The notes under the pieces: generated by a model | Database searches by the model: none | Seen by the model: only the letters and a program-made list of their open reading frames with translations | What the model was told of the DNA's origin: nothing | Program-made: the position numbers and the translations under genes | In this document: piece by piece, positions 5,908-6,962 of the stretch | Position numbering within the stretch: position 1 is the stretch's first letter | Layout of the letters: every line of letters starts with the position of its first letter | Assembly: GCA_048772705.1 (NCBI GenBank) | Contig: JBLWGC010000113.1 | Location: forward strand, 1 to 6,962 | Direction: 5' to 3' | DNA length: 6,962 nt | From: Leidyana gryllorum EB-2025a | Taxonomy: Eukaryota; Protista; Apicomplexa

Positions 5908-5980
5908 CACTGCCCGCGGGGCTCGAACCCGCGACTGCAAGATTAAAAGTCCTGCGCTCTACCGACTGAGCTAGGGCGGC
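5908..5980 (-). tRNA. trnK-TTT: tRNA-Lys(TTT)
   Basis: CAGGA-CT-TTT-AA-TCTTG; same body as 215-287; C3.A70 mismatch. Confidence 0.88.
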
Positions 5981-6179
5981 AGGAATGCAAGGACACAAAA
6001 CCCGATAGCCTGACATGTGAAGTGGCTTTGGTACCCACCGCATCGTTGGCGTGGCAGGGAAATATAAGTTTCATACCATGTCGGAGGCGCGTGACCCCCC
6101 CAACCTTAGAGCCCAGCCTTTCCATTCTCTAGCTTCAACAGACAGGGGACGCTTGGTGTGGCGGGACAGAAACCGAGCT

Positions 6180-6245
6180 GGCAAGATGGCGGAGGGGACT
6201 AAGGCGCTGTATTCAAGTCGCAGCTCGAAAGGGCCACTCTTGTCA
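6180..6245 (+). pseudogene. tRNA-Leu(CAA) pseudogene lacking the T-arm
   Basis: GGCAAGA...TT-CAA-GT...CTCGAAAGGGC^CACTCTTGTCA; 14 nt shorter than Leu 4939-5018, with the B-box deleted. Confidence 0.82.
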
Positions 6246-6281
6246 GGTTGCGCCTCATATGGGAAGAACAAAGAGTCTGAT

Positions 6282-6341
6282 TGAGCCCAGAGTGATTCGA
6301 ACAGATCTGGAGTCAGACGCGCAACTTTGCGCCATAGGCCC
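6282..6341 (-). pseudogene. tRNA-Trp(CCA) pseudogene with internal deletion
   Basis: GGGCCTATGGCGCAAAGTTGCGCGTCTGA-CT-CCA-GA-TC^TGTTCGAATCACTCTGGGCTCA; the 3' anticodon stem, variable loop and 5' T-stem are partly deleted. Confidence 0.8.
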
Positions 6342-6421
6342 AAAACCATCCCCCGCTCCAGACTCATCGCCTTGTGGTCAGGAAGGTTGTCTAACATCTT
6401 CGAACGATTCAGCCCATTTTC

Positions 6422-6493
6422 AGGGCACGCGCGGAGTTGAACCACGGACTTGCTGATCTGCAGTCAGCTGCTCTACCACTGAGCTACGTACCC
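6422..6493 (-). tRNA. trnC-GCA: tRNA-Cys(GCA)
   Basis: Acceptor GGGTACG/CGTGCCC with U73; GCTGA-CT-GCA-GA-TCAGC; CGTGG-TTCAACT-CCGCG. Confidence 0.95.
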
Positions 6494-6568
6494 AGAACTG
6501 GCCCTCATACTCGCTCAACTCGATTCTGTCTCCTCATTCATGGTCCAGTGATTGTTTACCTCAACTCT

Positions 6569-6635
6569 GCGTAATTTCGGTCAGTTAAATGGTGAGCCTA
6601 TTAAGTCCAAGTTTACGGTTGACCCGGCCCGACCA
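6569..6635 (+). pseudogene. Heavily decayed tRNA-Ile remnant
   Basis: Flanks (AGTGAYTGTTKACCTCAACTCTG; GATACAGC) and core GTGAGCCTAWTAAGT match the Ile pseudogene region around 2065-2200. Confidence 0.55.
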
Positions 6636-6707
6636 GGCGGGTGTTGTGGATACAGCATCACGTGCACCCTTTTGACAGCAGGAGATGCATCGAGAGAAGT
6701 TTCACTA

Positions 6708-6780
6708 GGGAGTGTAGCGCAGTCGGTAGCGCGTAGGTCTCATAATCTTGAAGTCGAGAGTTCGATCCTCTCCACTCCCA
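6708..6780 (+). tRNA. trnM-CAT: Elongator tRNA-Met(CAT)
   Basis: Acceptor GGGAGTG/CACTCCC+A; loop CT-CAT-AA with U31.U39; GAGAG-TTCGATC-CTCTC; lacks the initiator marks (A1-U72, A54, three G-C pairs). Confidence 0.94.
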
Positions 6781-6824
6781 CGGTCGGAATCGGAACCGCC
6801 GACAAACTCATCATGCTATCATTT

Positions 6825-6895
6825 TGCATCCGTCGGGAATCCCACACGGGTTATCTCGATGGCAGCGAGCGACTCTTCCACTAGACCACAGATGC
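6825..6895 (-). pseudogene. tRNA-Gly(GCC) pseudogene
   Basis: Acceptor GCATCTG/CGGATGC+A; CTCG-CT-GCC-AT-CGAG; T-loop/B-box destroyed. Confidence 0.8.
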
Positions 6896-6962
6896 AGAAC
6901 ACAATCTTGTGAATCTTGTACGTGGTGACAGCCATTCCTTATAAGCCTATCGATGCATCAAA

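Noticed and set aside
6180-6245. Functional T-armless tRNA-Leu (nematode mitochondrial type)
   Set aside because: Loss of the B-box would remove the nuclear Pol III promoter; a deletion in a duplicate is the simpler explanation.
6783-6803. GTCGG...CCGAC hairpin resembling the Tyr T-arm in antisense
   Set aside because: Only about 20 nt; cannot distinguish a tRNA fragment from chance.
923-6884. All supplied six-frame ORFs (60-139 aa)
   Set aside because: They are short, mutually overlapping and lie over tRNA genes or spacers; peptides such as PGSIPG and GIEP are typical translations of tRNA T-arms; no recognisable domain.
1-6962. Bacterial, phage or organellar tRNA array, or CRISPR array
   Set aside because: Mixed strands, no encoded CCA, A34 anticodons, Ala A54 and an intron-containing C1-G72 Tyr point to eukaryotic nuclear tRNAs; the repeats are tRNAs, not regularly spaced direct repeats.
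1-6962. Dinoflagellate/Perkinsus spliced-leader RNA or 5S rRNA gene
   Set aside because: I looked by eye for CCGTAGCCATYTTGGCTCAAG and 5S motifs on both strands and did not see them; an Rfam scan would be definitive.

Overview
This window has no credible protein-coding gene. It is a very dense, mixed-orientation cluster of about 43 tRNA genes, tRNA pseudogenes and tRNA fragments, roughly one per 160 bp, covering 19 of the 20 amino-acid families (no Phe found). The genes look eukaryotic-nuclear: no encoded CCA, A34 anticodons (Thr-AGT, Val-AAC, Leu-AAG, Ile-AAT), Tyr with C1-G72 and a 37/38 intron, and Ala with A54. From recall only, the Asp gene resembles alveolate sequences. The array is built from direct and inverted duplications of multi-tRNA blocks, with breakpoints inside tRNA genes. 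Notable features: an Arg-body tRNA with a TCA (opal-reading) anticodon, full-length chimeric tRNAs switched at the T-arm, repeated synonymous wobble-base switches between duplicated copies, a 7-nt tRNA-Tyr intron, scarce oligo-T Pol III terminators, and one ~380-bp non-tRNA insert. All supplied ORFs appear to be shadows of tRNA genes or spacers. Coordinates and folds were worked out by hand.
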